Notes under the pieces: generated by a model
What the model was told of the DNA's origin: nothing
The model's input: only the letters and a program-made list of their open reading frames with translations
The model's database searches: none
Translations under genes and position numbers: made by a program
Shown: positions 30,716 through 40,442 of the stretch, piece by piece
How the letters are laid out: each line of letters begins with the position of its first letter
How positions within the stretch are numbered: the first letter of the stretch is position 1
Assembly (NCBI GenBank): GCA_964550405.1
Contig: CAZJZD010000012.1
Coordinates: 754-64,753, forward strand
Source of the DNA: an uncultured Hydrogenophaga sp.
GTDB taxonomy: Bacteria > Pseudomonadota > Gammaproteobacteria > Burkholderiales > Burkholderiaceae_C
Length of the DNA stretch: 64,000 nucleotides
Direction: 5' to 3'

Positions 30716-32068
30716 ATGACAGACATGAAGTACGCATCGGTTCACGATTTCCTCGCCCACGTTGAAGCCCGCAACCCGGGCCAGCCGGAGTTCCTGCAAG
30801 CCGTCACCGAGGTGATGGACAGCCTTTGGCCTTTCATCGCCGCCCACCCCAAATACGCCGAACAGGGCCTGCTGGACCGCCTGGTCGAGCCTGAGCGTGT
30901 GGTCATGTTCCGCGTGTCGTGGGTCGACGACCACGGCCAGGTGCAAGTCAACCGCGGCTACCGCATCCAGCACAGCATGGCGATCGGCCCCTACAAGGGA
31001 GGCATCCGTTTCCACCCATCGGTGACGCTGTCGGTGCTCAAGTTCCTCGCTTTCGAGCAGACCTTCAAGAACGCCCTGACCACCCTGCCCATGGGCGGCG
31101 GCAAGGGCGGCTCGGACTTCGACCCCAAAGGCAAGAGCCCGGCCGAGGTCATGCGCTTCTGCCAGGCCTTCGTGATGGAGCTGTTCCGCCACGTAGGCCC
31201 CGACACCGACGTACCCGCCGGCGACATCGGCGTGGGCGGCCGCGAGGTCGGCTACATGGCCGGCATGTACAAGAAGCTGGCCAACAACGCCGCCAGCGTG
31301 TTCACCGGCAAGGGCCTGAGCTTTGGCGGCTCGCTGATCCGCCCCGAAGCCACCGGCTACGGCACGGTGTACTTCGCGGACGAGATGCTCAAGACCCGCG
31401 GCAAGTCCTTCCAGGGCCTGCGCGTCTCGGTCTCCGGCTCGGGCAACGTGGCGCAGTACGCGGTCGAAAAGGCCATGGCCCTGGGCGCGAAGGTGGTCAC
31501 CGTGTCCGACTCCAGCGGCACCATCGTCGACGAAGCCGGCTTCACGGCGGAAAAGCTGGCCATCCTGATGGATGTGAAGAACCACCACTACGGCCGCGTG
31601 AGCGACTACGCCGCGCGCACCGGTGTGAAGTTCGAGACCGGGAAGCGCCCTTGGCACGTGCCGGTGGACGTGGCCCTGCCCTGCGCCACCCAGAACGAGC
31701 TGGACGAGACCGACGCCCGCACTCTGATCGCCAACGGCGTGCTCTGCGTGGCCGAAGGCGCCAACATGCCCTCGACCATCGAAGCCGCCAAGGCCTTTGA
31801 GGCGGCCGGCGTCCTGTACGCGCCGGGAAAGGCGTCCAACGCCGGCGGGGTGGCCACCTCGGGCCTGGAGATGAGCCAGAACGCGATGCGCCTGTCGTGG
31901 ACGCGCGAGGAAGTGGACGCCCGCCTGCTGCAGATCATGCAGGGCATCCACGCTGCCTGCGTCAGGCACGGCCAGCGCGCGGACGGCTCGGTCAGCTACA
32001 TCGACGGAGCCAACATCGCCGGCTTCGTCAAGGTGGCCGACGCCATGCTGGCGCAGGGCGTGATCTGA
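30716..32068 (+). CDS. gdhA: NADP-specific glutamate dehydrogenase
   Basis: GPYKGGIRFHP, MGGGKGGSDFDPK, DVPAGDIGVG, RPEATGYG, PGKASNAGGV. Confidence 0.96.
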   Translation: MTDMKYASVHDFLAHVEARNPGQPEFLQAVTEVMDSLWPFIAAHPKYAEQGLLDRLVEPERVVMFRVSWVDDHGQVQVNRGYRIQHSMAIGPYKGGIRFHPSVTLSVLKFLAFEQTFKNALTTLPMGGGKGGSDFDPKGKSPAEVMRFCQAFVMELFRHVGPDTDVPAGDIGVGGREVGYMAGMYKKLANNAASVFTGKGLSFGGSLIRPEATGYGTVYFADEMLKTRGKSFQGLRVSVSGSGNVAQYAVEKAMALGAKVVTVSDSSGTIVDEAGFTAEKLAILMDVKNHHYGRVSDYAARTGVKFETGKRPWHVPVDVALPCATQNELDETDARTLIANGVLCVAEGANMPSTIEAAKAFEAAGVLYAPGKASNAGGVATSGLEMSQNAMRLSWTREEVDARLLQIMQGIHAACVRHGQRADGSVSYIDGANIAGFVKVADAMLAQGVI

Positions 32069-32072
32069 CGCA

Positions 32073-32474
32073 TCACGTGGTGTAGTCGCCGCTGGCCTCG
32101 GGCTGGAACAGGATGGCGCGCACCTGCGCCGTGCGCGACTCGCCCCACGGGGTCTGCCAGCACGCCTGCGCCCCGACCCGCAGGCCCAGCAAGCTGGCGC
32201 CCACCGGCGAGAGCACCGAGATGAAGCCCTGCGCGGGTTCGGCGTCGTCGGGGTAACAGAGCGTGAGCTTGCGCGGCGCCGATTCGCCGGCTTCGAGGAT
32301 CTCGATCTGCGAATACATGGTCACCACGTCGGGTGGTACTGCGGGCGACGGCACCTGTTCGGCCAGATCCAGCGCGTCGGGCAGGCCATCGGGCATGCGG
32401 TGGGCGCCCAGCTTGGTCAGGCGGACGAAATCGAGTTCGGTGACGACGCGGTCACCGCGGGAAGACAAGGACAT
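32073..32474 (-). CDS. rnk: Nucleoside diphosphate kinase regulator Rnk (GreA/B family)
   Basis: PDVVTMYS, LTLCYPDDA, ISVLSPVGASLLGLRVG, ILFQPEASG. Confidence 0.85.
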   Translation of the reverse strand: MSLSSRGDRVVTELDFVRLTKLGAHRMPDGLPDALDLAEQVPSPAVPPDVVTMYSQIEILEAGESAPRKLTLCYPDDAEPAQGFISVLSPVGASLLGLRVGAQACWQTPWGESRTAQVRAILFQPEASGDYTT

Positions 32475-32799
32475 GGGATCTCCGGAAAGGCAAGGCCCCG
32501 GACCGGACGGTCGCAAGGGCGGTGTTGCGCTGGTGGAGGGGCCCGGCGACCGGGGGTCGCGCTGACGAAGGGAAAGAGGGTCGCCGGGCTCAGGAATCTG
32601 CGGCCGTGTGGCGAATGCCGGTCGGCAGCCTGCGCACGCGCGCACGCCCGCCGCGCGGCAGCAGCGGCGCGGACGAGGACCTGTGGGCGTAGGGGCGGCG
32701 GATCACGGCCGGGACTGTAGGAGATGCCCCCTGCACTGTCAAACAGGCTGCGCGGGACGGTGGGTGAACTTTTGCCGACAGGACGCATCCCTTTCCGGA

Positions 32800-33639
32800 A
32801 TGAAACGCCTGATCGCCCTTGTCCTGTTCTCGGCCGCCTTGCTGGCCGGCTGCGCCAGCCTCGACGAACGCCAGCGCAGCTGGATCTTCCAGCCGTCCGA
32901 CCGCAGCTGGTGGCGCGGCGAAGAAGCCGCCCAGGGCATGCAGGACGTGTGGATCGACTTCCAGTCGGCAGAGACCGGTGAACCCGCGAAGCTGCACGGC
33001 CTGTGGAGTGCGCACGAACGCTTCGACAAAGACCCCAAGGCCCCCGTGCTGCTGTATCTGCACGGTGCGCGCTTCAACGTGGTGGGTTCGGCGTTTCGCA
33101 TGCGCCGCATGCAGGAACTGGGCTTCTCGGTGCTGGCCATCGATTACCGCGGCTTCGGCAAGAGCACGAACCAGCTGCCGTCCGAGGCCATGGCCTATGA
33201 AGACGCCCGCGCCGCCTGGGACTGGCTGGGCCAGCAATACCCGGGCCGGCCGCGCTACATCTTCGGCCACTCGCTGGGCGGGGCGATTGCCATCGCCCTC
33301 GCAGCACAGGTGGCGGACGAGACCGGCACCCTGGTCGAAGGCACTTTCACTTCCATCCCCGATGTGGTGGCGTCGTACAAGTGGGGCTGGCTGCCGGTCG
33401 GCCCGCTGATCACGCAGCGTTTCGAGGCGGTCGAACGGGTCAAGGACATCGGCTCGCCCTTGCTGGTGGTGCACGGCAGCCAGGACAACACGATCAAGCC
33501 CGAGCTGGGGCGCAAGCTGTTCGAGGCCGCGACCGGCGTCAAGCGCTTCGAGCTGGTCGAAGGCGGCTCGCACCACAACACCAATTCGGTGGGCCAGCCG
33601 CAGTACCGGCTGGCGCTGGCGGAGTTGTTCGGCCTCTGA
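32800..33639 (+). CDS. Alpha/beta hydrolase lipoprotein
   Basis: LAGC lipobox, LYLHG, IDYRGFGKS, FGHSLGG, GGSHH. Confidence 0.85.
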   Translation: MKRLIALVLFSAALLAGCASLDERQRSWIFQPSDRSWWRGEEAAQGMQDVWIDFQSAETGEPAKLHGLWSAHERFDKDPKAPVLLYLHGARFNVVGSAFRMRRMQELGFSVLAIDYRGFGKSTNQLPSEAMAYEDARAAWDWLGQQYPGRPRYIFGHSLGGAIAIALAAQVADETGTLVEGTFTSIPDVVASYKWGWLPVGPLITQRFEAVERVKDIGSPLLVVHGSQDNTIKPELGRKLFEAATGVKRFELVEGGSHHNTNSVGQPQYRLALAELFGL

Positions 33640-33690
33640 GCGTCTACCGGGTGTCAGCCGGCGGCACCCCCTTCTGCTACCCTCGACCGG

Positions 33691-35043
33691 ATGTCCGCTT
33701 CCCGTTCCGCCATGTCGCCCGGCCTGATCGTGCTGGTGCTCTCGTTGCTGCTGGGCCTGCAGCCCATCACCACCGACCTCTACCTGCCCGCCCTGCCCAC
33801 CATCACGCAGGTGTTCGGCGCGGCCATGCCGCAGGCGCAGCTCACGCTGTCGGCCCTGCTGCTGGCCTTTGGCGTCTCGCAGCTGGTCTGGGGGCCGCTG
33901 TCCGACCGTTTTGGTCGCCGGCCCATCCTGCTGATCGGTACCGCGCTGTATGTGCTCGCCTCGGTCGGCAGTGCAGCGGCCACCTCCATCGAACAGCTGA
34001 TCGTGCTGCGCGTGCTGCAGGGCGCCGCCATGGGCGCGGGCGTGATGTGCGCACGCGCCGTGGTGCGTGATCTGTTTGCCCCCACCGAAGGCGCCCGCAT
34101 CATGTCCAAGGGCCTCACCGGGCTCGGCGTGATCGCCTGCCTGAGCGCGCCCGTGGGCGGCCTGCTGGCCGAGCACTTTGGCTGGCGCGTGGCCCTGCTG
34201 GCGCTGGCCGTGTTCGGTGCGCTCACGCTGGCCGTGCTGGCCTGGCGTTTTGAAGAAACCCTGGCGCAGAAGAACCCGCGCGCGCTGGAACCGACGACCC
34301 TGCTGCGCACCTGGGGCCAGATCGCGCGCCACCCCACCTTCTGGGCCTACACCCTGCTGGCCACCACCTCCTACGCCGGGCTGTTCACCTTCCTGGCAGC
34401 GGGCTCCTTCGTGTTCATCGGCGTGCTCGGCCTATCGAAACCGGCCTACGGCCTGACCATGCTGACCATGTCGCTGTCCTACATCGCGGGCACCTTCATC
34501 TGCCGGCGCCTGCTGCCGCGCTTCGGCGTGCGGCGCACGGTCGCCATCGCCGGGGTGGCCACGCTGACCGCCGGCACCAGCATGGGCGTGATGGCGCTCA
34601 TGGGTGTGCAGAGCGTCGCGGCCATCATGGCGCCGTTCTACCTGTTCATGCTCGGCCACGGCGTGCACCAGCCCTGTGGCCAGAGCGGTGCGGTCGGTCC
34701 CTTCCCGCAGGCGGCCGGCGCGGCCTCGGCCCTGAGCGGTTTCCTGATGATGGTGATGGCCTTTGCCATGGGCGGCTGGCTGGGCAAAAGCCTGGCGGCG
34801 AACCCCGGCAGCGTGCTGCCGCTGACCAACGGCATCTGGTTCTGGAGCGCGGCCATCGCCGCCACCGCCTGGACCCTGGTGCAGAAGCACGGCGAAGGAA
34901 ACAAGCTCCCCCCTGCGCCGCTTCGCGTCTTCCCCCCGGGGGGGGGCCACGCCAGTGGCCCGGCAAAGCCGGTTCCACGGCGTGTGCTGGAAGCTGGCGA
35001 GCGGTTACCTGATACGGGTGAAACCTCGCGACCGAAAGCATGA
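33691..35043 (+). CDS. Bcr/CflA-family MFS efflux transporter, C-terminus extended through a repeat element
   Basis: [32 protein letters not shown]; tail after VQKHGE is read from a REP-like element. Confidence 0.88.
   Translation: MSASRSAMSPGLIVLVLSLLLGLQPITTDLYLPALPTITQVFGAAMPQAQLTLSALLLAFGVSQLVWGPLSDRFGRRPILLIGTALYVLASVGSAAATSIEQLIVLRVLQGAAMGAGVMCARAVVRDLFAPTEGARIMSKGLTGLGVIACLSAPVGGLLAEHFGWRVALLALAVFGALTLAVLAWRFEETLAQKNPRALEPTTLLRTWGQIARHPTFWAYTLLATTSYAGLFTFLAAGSFVFIGVLGLSKPAYGLTMLTMSLSYIAGTFICRRLLPRFGVRRTVAIAGVATLTAGTSMGVMALMGVQSVAAIMAPFYLFMLGHGVHQPCGQSGAVGPFPQAAGAASALSGFLMMVMAFAMGGWLGKSLAANPGSVLPLTNGIWFWSAAIAATAWTLVQKHGEGNKLPPAPLRVFPPGGGHASGPAKPVPRRVLEAGERLPDTGETSRPKA
34903..34990 (-). 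repeat. REP/MITE-like palindromic element, copy 1 (inside MFS 3' end)
   Basis: Reverse complement CCGTGGAACCGGCTTTGCCGGGCCACTGG...GGGGGAAGACGCGAAGCGGCGCAGGGGG matches copies at 55592 and 57591. Confidence 0.8.
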
Positions 35044-36020
35044 GCGAGCAGCCCGCGCGTATTCGTTGCATTGCCATCGCCGGTCCCACGGCCAGCGGCA
35101 AGAGCGCCGCCTCGTTGGCGATTGCCCAGCGCTGGCCGGTCGAGATCATCAGCGTCGATTCGGCCCTGGTCTACCGCGGCATGGACATTGGCACCGCCAA
35201 GCCCACGCCCGCCGAGCAGGCGCAGGTGCCCCACCACCTGATCGACACCACCGACCCGCTGCACGCCTACAGCGCCGCCGACTTCGTGCGCGATGCCCAG
35301 AGACTCATCGGCGAGATCACCGCGCGTGGACGCACGCCCCTGCTGGTGGGCGGCACCTTGCTGTACTTCAAGGCGCTCATGCAGGGCCTGGACGACATGC
35401 CGCGCGCCGACGCCCATGTGCGCGCGCGCATCGAAGCCGCCGCCGCCGCGCACGGCTGGCCTGCCCTGCACGCCGAACTGGCCCGGGTCGATCCGGTCAC
35501 CGCGGCCCGGCTCGCGCCCAACGACTCACAGCGCATCCAGCGCGCGCTCGAAGTGTTCGAGGTCTCGGGCCAGCCCCTGTCGGCCCTGCAAACCGGGCAG
35601 CAGCGACAGCACCACAACCCCATCGCCCCCGGCGCCCTGCTCAGCCTGGAGCCCGCCGACCGCGCCTGGCTGCACGGGCGCATCGCTGAACGCTTCGACG
35701 CCATGCTGGCCGCCGGCTTCATCGACGAAGTGAAAACCCTGCGCGCCCGAGGCGACCTGCACCCCGACCTGCCGTCCATGCGCTGCGTGGGCTACCGCCA
35801 GGCCTGGGAAGCGCTGGAAGCCGCCGGTGATGCACCGCTGACAGCCGAGCAACAGACCGAACTGCGCGACCGAGGCATCTTCGCCACGCGCCAGCTCGCC
35901 AAACGCCAGATCACCTGGCTGCGCTCCATGCCCGAACGCGTGGTCGTGCCCTGCGACGCGCCCGACGCGCTGGCGCAGGTGCTTCGCTGGGCCGAACAGC
36001 ATCTCGGGAAACCCGCATGA
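35040..36020 (+). CDS. miaA: tRNA dimethylallyltransferase
   Basis: [53 protein letters not shown]. Confidence 0.97.
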   Translation: MSEQPARIRCIAIAGPTASGKSAASLAIAQRWPVEIISVDSALVYRGMDIGTAKPTPAEQAQVPHHLIDTTDPLHAYSAADFVRDAQRLIGEITARGRTPLLVGGTLLYFKALMQGLDDMPRADAHVRARIEAAAAAHGWPALHAELARVDPVTAARLAPNDSQRIQRALEVFEVSGQPLSALQTGQQRQHHNPIAPGALLSLEPADRAWLHGRIAERFDAMLAAGFIDEVKTLRARGDLHPDLPSMRCVGYRQAWEALEAAGDAPLTAEQQTELRDRGIFATRQLAKRQITWLRSMPERVVVPCDAPDALAQVLRWAEQHLGKPA

Positions 36021-36703
36021 GCGCCACCGAAGGACTGCGCATCGAAGGCCTGGCCAAACGCTACGGCGACGCCGCGGTGTTCCAGTCGGTGGACCTGCAC
36101 ATCCCGCCCGGCGAATTCGTCGCCATCGTCGGCGAGTCGGGCGTGGGCAAGTCCAGCCTGCTCAACTGCATGGCCGCGCTCGACACCTGGAGCGAAGGCC
36201 GCATCACCCACGACGGCGTGGACCTGGGCCAGCTGGACGAAGCGCAGGCCGCGCACTGGCGGCGCGAACACCTGGGCTTTGTCTTCCAGGCTTTCCACGT
36301 GCTGCCGCACCTGGACGTGGCGCAGAACGTGGCCCTGCCGCTGTTGCTGCTCAACCGGCCGGACCCGGCCCGCGTGGCGCAGATGCTGGACGCGGTCGGC
36401 CTGCAAGGCCTGGGCGAACGCCTGCCTTCGCAACTGTCCGGCGGGCAGCTGCAACGCGTGGCCATCGCGCGTGCGCTGGTGCACAAGCCCCGCCTGATCC
36501 TGGCCGACGAACCCACCGGCAACCTGGACCCGCGCACCGCCGCACAGGTGATGGACGTGCTGGTCGCGCAGGCGCGCGAACACGGCAGTTCACTGGTGCT
36601 GGTCACGCACTCCGAAGCAGCGGCAGCACGGGCAGACCGGGTGCTGCACCTGACGGCTCAGGGGTTGCAAGACGGTTCGCCTGCAGCTGGTCACATCCAG
36701 TGA
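36017..36703 (+). CDS. ABC ATP-binding protein (LolD/YbbA-like)
   Basis: [37 protein letters not shown]; no adjacent permease. Confidence 0.9.
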   Translation: MSATEGLRIEGLAKRYGDAAVFQSVDLHIPPGEFVAIVGESGVGKSSLLNCMAALDTWSEGRITHDGVDLGQLDEAQAAHWRREHLGFVFQAFHVLPHLDVAQNVALPLLLLNRPDPARVAQMLDAVGLQGLGERLPSQLSGGQLQRVAIARALVHKPRLILADEPTGNLDPRTAAQVMDVLVAQAREHGSSLVLVTHSEAAAARADRVLHLTAQGLQDGSPAAGHIQ

Positions 36704-36758
36704 CTTCCCCATAGGTGGGCGGCCTTAACCACCCTTAAACAGTTGGCGAGAAGTGAGG

Positions 36759-36778
36759 AACTGTCAGATCTGACAGGG
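36759..36778. promoter_or_regulatory. lux-box-like operator
   Basis: Perfect 16-bp palindrome CTGTCAGATCTGACAG (36761-36776) fitting CTG-N10-CAG; about 110 bp upstream of the RHS genes. Confidence 0.6.
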
Positions 36779-36884
36779 TGGGGATTTTTCGTTCAGCAGC
36801 GGTTGTTACAAACCGAAACTCAGCAAAAAGTACCCATTCAACTGCCTCCAGCAGTGCTTTTGACCCTGTTTTTTCGTGCCAAAC

Positions 36885-39800
36885 ATGATCATCGTCCACC
36901 GCCTGTTCAATCATCCCGTTGTCCGCACAGCCTTGGTGTTGACGCTTGGATCAGTCGCCATCTCAGCCCTGCCCCAGCACAGCCTCACGCCAGGCCAGTT
37001 CGCCGTGAACGATGCCGGAGCAGCAACCTACGGCATCCCCATCTCGGTCGCTCCAGGGGTGGGAGGGTTGAGCCCTAAGCTGACACTGCAGTACAGCTCA
37101 CAGGCGCCCAACGGTGTCTTTGGGGTGGGCTGGACGCTGTCTGGCGTTTCTTCCATCACGCGTTGTGCCAAGACAACGGCCGAAGACGGCGACCGGGTCG
37201 GCGTGCAGAACAACGCCACAGACCTGTTCTGCCTGGATGGGCAAAAACTGCGAGTGGTCAACGGACTTGCATATGGGGCGGCGGGCGCCCAGTACCGTAC
37301 CTCCATCGACACCTATGGACGCATTACGTCTCAGGGCAATGTGGCCGGTGGTCCGCAGTACTTCACGCTGGAGGCCAAGACAGGCGAGATCTACACCTTC
37401 GGCGGAACTGATGCCAGTCGCCTGGAGCACCCCAGCAAGGGCGTGGTTCGCACATGGATGGTCAGCGAGATCAAGGATCGCTACAACAACCGCATCAGCT
37501 TCTCATACAGCAAGAACCTCACACTGGGGGAGCAATTGCTGACCAGCGTTGACTACAGCAACGGCCGTGTCCAGCTGGACTACGAGGCTCGTCCCGAGAA
37601 CGACAGAATCCTCAAATTCGACGACGGGGTTGAATACGGTTCCACCAACTCCAGGGTCAGTGCCATCACCGTGGCGCACTCACCCGTGATCAGCGGTTCG
37701 CCCACGATCACCACTTTCAAGACCTACCAGCTGCAATACACGCAAAGCCAGGCCAGCCAGCGCAGCATGCTCAGGTCGATCAAGGAATGCGCTCCGGATG
37801 GCTCTTGTTTGCCAGCCACCACGCTGAACTATCGGGATGGCGTGCCGGGCTCATTCCGTGACGTGGGTGCAGCACCTGCCATTTCGACTCCCAACGGACT
37901 GCGGGACACCGAGGGCAATGGAAAGCAGTCTGTCTACAACTTTCGGACGCCGCCCTACTACGAAGACGTAGCGCTTTGGGATGTTGATGGCGATGGACGA
38001 ACGGATTTGTTGACTAAAAAGTTGCAACTCAACGAACAATCAACACCGACGCAGGAAATTATTGAGTACGCCAATGGCACAAAAACCTCCCGCACCTGGG
38101 ACTATCAGAACCATATACGGTGTTTTGCGGATATCAATGGCGATGGGATCAGCGAGAGCATTCGATTTGTCTCAAAATTTGTAGGCGGATCCAATTCTGG
38201 CACCACGGTTTATTCGGTCTCTGAGACTTTTGGAAACACCAGCATCCTCTTGGGTAACAACGTTCCTGTTTCATGTCACTCTATTGATATTGACGGAGAT
38301 GGACGCGCCGAAGTTTTTGTGAGCATGTATAGCGGGAGCCCAATTAACCTGACACACAAAAACGGGGCATTCTCGACCTTACCATATACACCTGAATTCA
38401 ACTACACATCAATCAAATTCGGCGACTTCAACGGAGACGGAAAGACGGACACGGTTCGCAGCTCCTCATTCGCCGGCCCCGCTGCATCGACATATTTATC
38501 CTCGGGCTCTGGCCTGAACGGACGCACCGCTTGGTCAACGGCCGTCGGTGGAATTGCATGTACTGGGGATTTTAATGGTGATGGCCGCACAGACATCCTG
38601 GGCGGTCGCAACCAGTTATTTCTATCCAATGGCAGCTCGGCGACCATCGTGAGCCAAAATGTCGTCTCCTACACCGGAAGCTTCTCCAGCAACATATGTG
38701 GAGACTTCAATGGTGATGGCTTGATGGATATCGTTTCTGGTCAACGCTATTGGTACAACCAGTTGCCAGCAGATGTGGATCGATTGGAGGCCGTTGACAA
38801 TGGGGCTGGGTTTATCCAGCGTGTGGAGTACAAGCCCATCACCGACAACAGCGTCTATACGAAGGGCGTCGGTGCGGCCTACCCTCAGACAGAAATGCAG
38901 ACCCCGATCATCGTGGTCAGCCGAGTGCAGTCGGGGAATGACTCGCAAAAGTGGCAGAACACCAGCTACCGCTACGCCGCCTTGCGGGCGGATCTGAGGC
39001 GCAGTGGCACCCAGGGTTTTGAGCGGGTGACATCCGTCAACGAAGGCACTGGCGTCAGTGTCGCCACACACTATCACCAGAACTTCCCTCTCACCGGTCT
39101 TCGCTCACGGATGCACAAGTATGTGGGTAGCGAGATCGCTCCGCATTCCTTGGAAGACACCACCTTTGGCTACATGACCCGTACGCTGGCGGCATTGCCT
39201 GCGCATCAGGCCGCGCAGGTGCATCTCAATCAGATCACGACAACGTTTTATGACCTCAAGCAACTCGGGGTCAAAACCGGCACCCTCAAGGAAAGCACCG
39301 AAGAATTCGATTCATTTGGTTTCCCGACAACCCAGAAGACGGAGCGACTTGACGGCAATGGTGTTCTGACCAGTTCAACCCAGCAAAGCCACACGTACAG
39401 CCATCAAGAGGCGACTTGGTTGCTTGGTCAGTTGACCAGGACCACCACCGCGGCGCAAAACCATCGAACCTTGCCCGCCACCGCCCCGCCGCCCTCGCCT
39501 TTGACGGTTCAGCTCAATACCACCGAGGTAGTCGCCAATCCAACGGGGCCGGGGCTCTGGAGCGGTACGCTCTCTGTCACGGCACAAGGCGCGACGCCAC
39601 CCTACTCCTACGCTTGGACGCGCATGACTGGCAACCGCACCGCCTTCTCAAACGCCGGAGTTGCGAGCCCGACGATATCGGCCACACTCGCCGCAGGTGA
39701 GGAGTTCGAAGAGACTTTGCGGGTGACGGTCACGGATGCCAACGGGGTTTCAGACTCCCGCGAGGTTGTTGTTCGCTACGTCACGCCGTTCCCATTCACG

Positions 39801-40421
39801 TCAACGATCACCGCGAACACCTCCAACTACAACCTGCGTGCGGCTGCAGTCGCTGCGGGATGGAACCAGACATCGCAGTTGCGAGCGGTGGTCACCATCA
39901 ACGCGGGTGTGATGGTCTCGGCCAATACCGTGAGCGCCTACGCTTTTGACACCGGTGCAGGCTTCCCGGCGGGCAGCACCCTTGCACTGATCAACAACGG
40001 CTCCATCATCGGCATGGGAGGAGCCGGCGGAGCGGGCGGGATGTTCGGAGCCCAGGGCGCGCCAGGTCAAGCTGGGGGGCCTGCCCTGAGAGCGCAGTCA
40101 CCTTTGGTCCTGACGAACAACGGAACCATCGCATCCGGTGGCAATGGTGGTGCTGGCGGAGCAGGATGGACCAGATCGACGAGCAGAGCTGACATGTATA
40201 TGTCGGGAGCGAGGGGAGGCGGAGGCCGTTCCGGAGCGACCAACTCTGCGGGGGGGAACCCGGGCACCGCTGCAGCACCCGGAGCAGCCTCTTCACCCAC
40301 TGGGGCCCCAGCCTCTGCTACAAGCCAACCCGGCGGCCAATACGGCGGGGGTGCTGCGGTAGTGGGCAATGGCAACGTCGAGTGGCAAACCACCGGCTCG
40401 CGCCTGGGCGCGCTGAACTGA
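36885..40421 (+). CDS. TcB-like RHS N-terminal half: signal peptide, SpvB, FG-GAP propeller, midN-like region, Ig-like domain and Gly-rich gp38-like adhesin domain
   Basis: GAATYGIPISVAPGVGGLSPKLTLQYSS..NGVFGVGW; six D(F/I/V)(N/D)GDG repeats; PPYSYAW..VTVTDANG; INNGSIIGMGGAGG..GGAAVVGNGNVEW; alternative GTG at 36876. Confidence 0.8.
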   Translation: MIIVHRLFNHPVVRTALVLTLGSVAISALPQHSLTPGQFAVNDAGAATYGIPISVAPGVGGLSPKLTLQYSSQAPNGVFGVGWTLSGVSSITRCAKTTAEDGDRVGVQNNATDLFCLDGQKLRVVNGLAYGAAGAQYRTSIDTYGRITSQGNVAGGPQYFTLEAKTGEIYTFGGTDASRLEHPSKGVVRTWMVSEIKDRYNNRISFSYSKNLTLGEQLLTSVDYSNGRVQLDYEARPENDRILKFDDGVEYGSTNSRVSAITVAHSPVISGSPTITTFKTYQLQYTQSQASQRSMLRSIKECAPDGSCLPATTLNYRDGVPGSFRDVGAAPAISTPNGLRDTEGNGKQSVYNFRTPPYYEDVALWDVDGDGRTDLLTKKLQLNEQSTPTQEIIEYANGTKTSRTWDYQNHIRCFADINGDGISESIRFVSKFVGGSNSGTTVYSVSETFGNTSILLGNNVPVSCHSIDIDGDGRAEVFVSMYSGSPINLTHKNGAFSTLPYTPEFNYTSIKFGDFNGDGKTDTVRSSSFAGPAASTYLSSGSGLNGRTAWSTAVGGIACTGDFNGDGRTDILGGRNQLFLSNGSSATIVSQNVVSYTGSFSSNICGDFNGDGLMDIVSGQRYWYNQLPADVDRLEAVDNGAGFIQRVEYKPITDNSVYTKGVGAAYPQTEMQTPIIVVSRVQSGNDSQKWQNTSYRYAALRADLRRSGTQGFERVTSVNEGTGVSVATHYHQNFPLTGLRSRMHKYVGSEIAPHSLEDTTFGYMTRTLAALPAHQAAQVHLNQITTTFYDLKQLGVKTGTLKESTEEFDSFGFPTTQKTERLDGNGVLTSSTQQSHTYSHQEATWLLGQLTRTTTAAQNHRTLPATAPPPSPLTVQLNTTEVVANPTGPGLWSGTLSVTAQGATPPYSYAWTRMTGNRTAFSNAGVASPTISATLAAGEEFEETLRVTVTDANGVSDSREVVVRYVTPFPFTSTITANTSNYNLRAAAVAAGWNQTSQLRAVVTINAGVMVSANTVSAYAFDTGAGFPAGSTLALINNGSIIGMGGAGGAGGMFGAQGAPGQAGGPALRAQSPLVLTNNGTIASGGNGGAGGAGWTRSTSRADMYMSGARGGGGRSGATNSAGGNPGTAAAPGAASSPTGAPASATSQPGGQYGGGAAVVGNGNVEWQTTGSRLGALN

Positions 40422-40442
40422 ACTGGATCCTCTGAGGCAGAC

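Noticed and set aside
30689-31969. 426-aa ORF antisense to gdhA
   Set aside because: Long antisense frames over GDH genes follow from codon bias; no RBS or motif support
36017-36703. ABC ATPase as a type I exporter for the RHS proteins
   Set aside because: No membrane domain, adaptor or TolC; backbone-like composition; coupled to miaA; the RHS chains carry Sec-type signals
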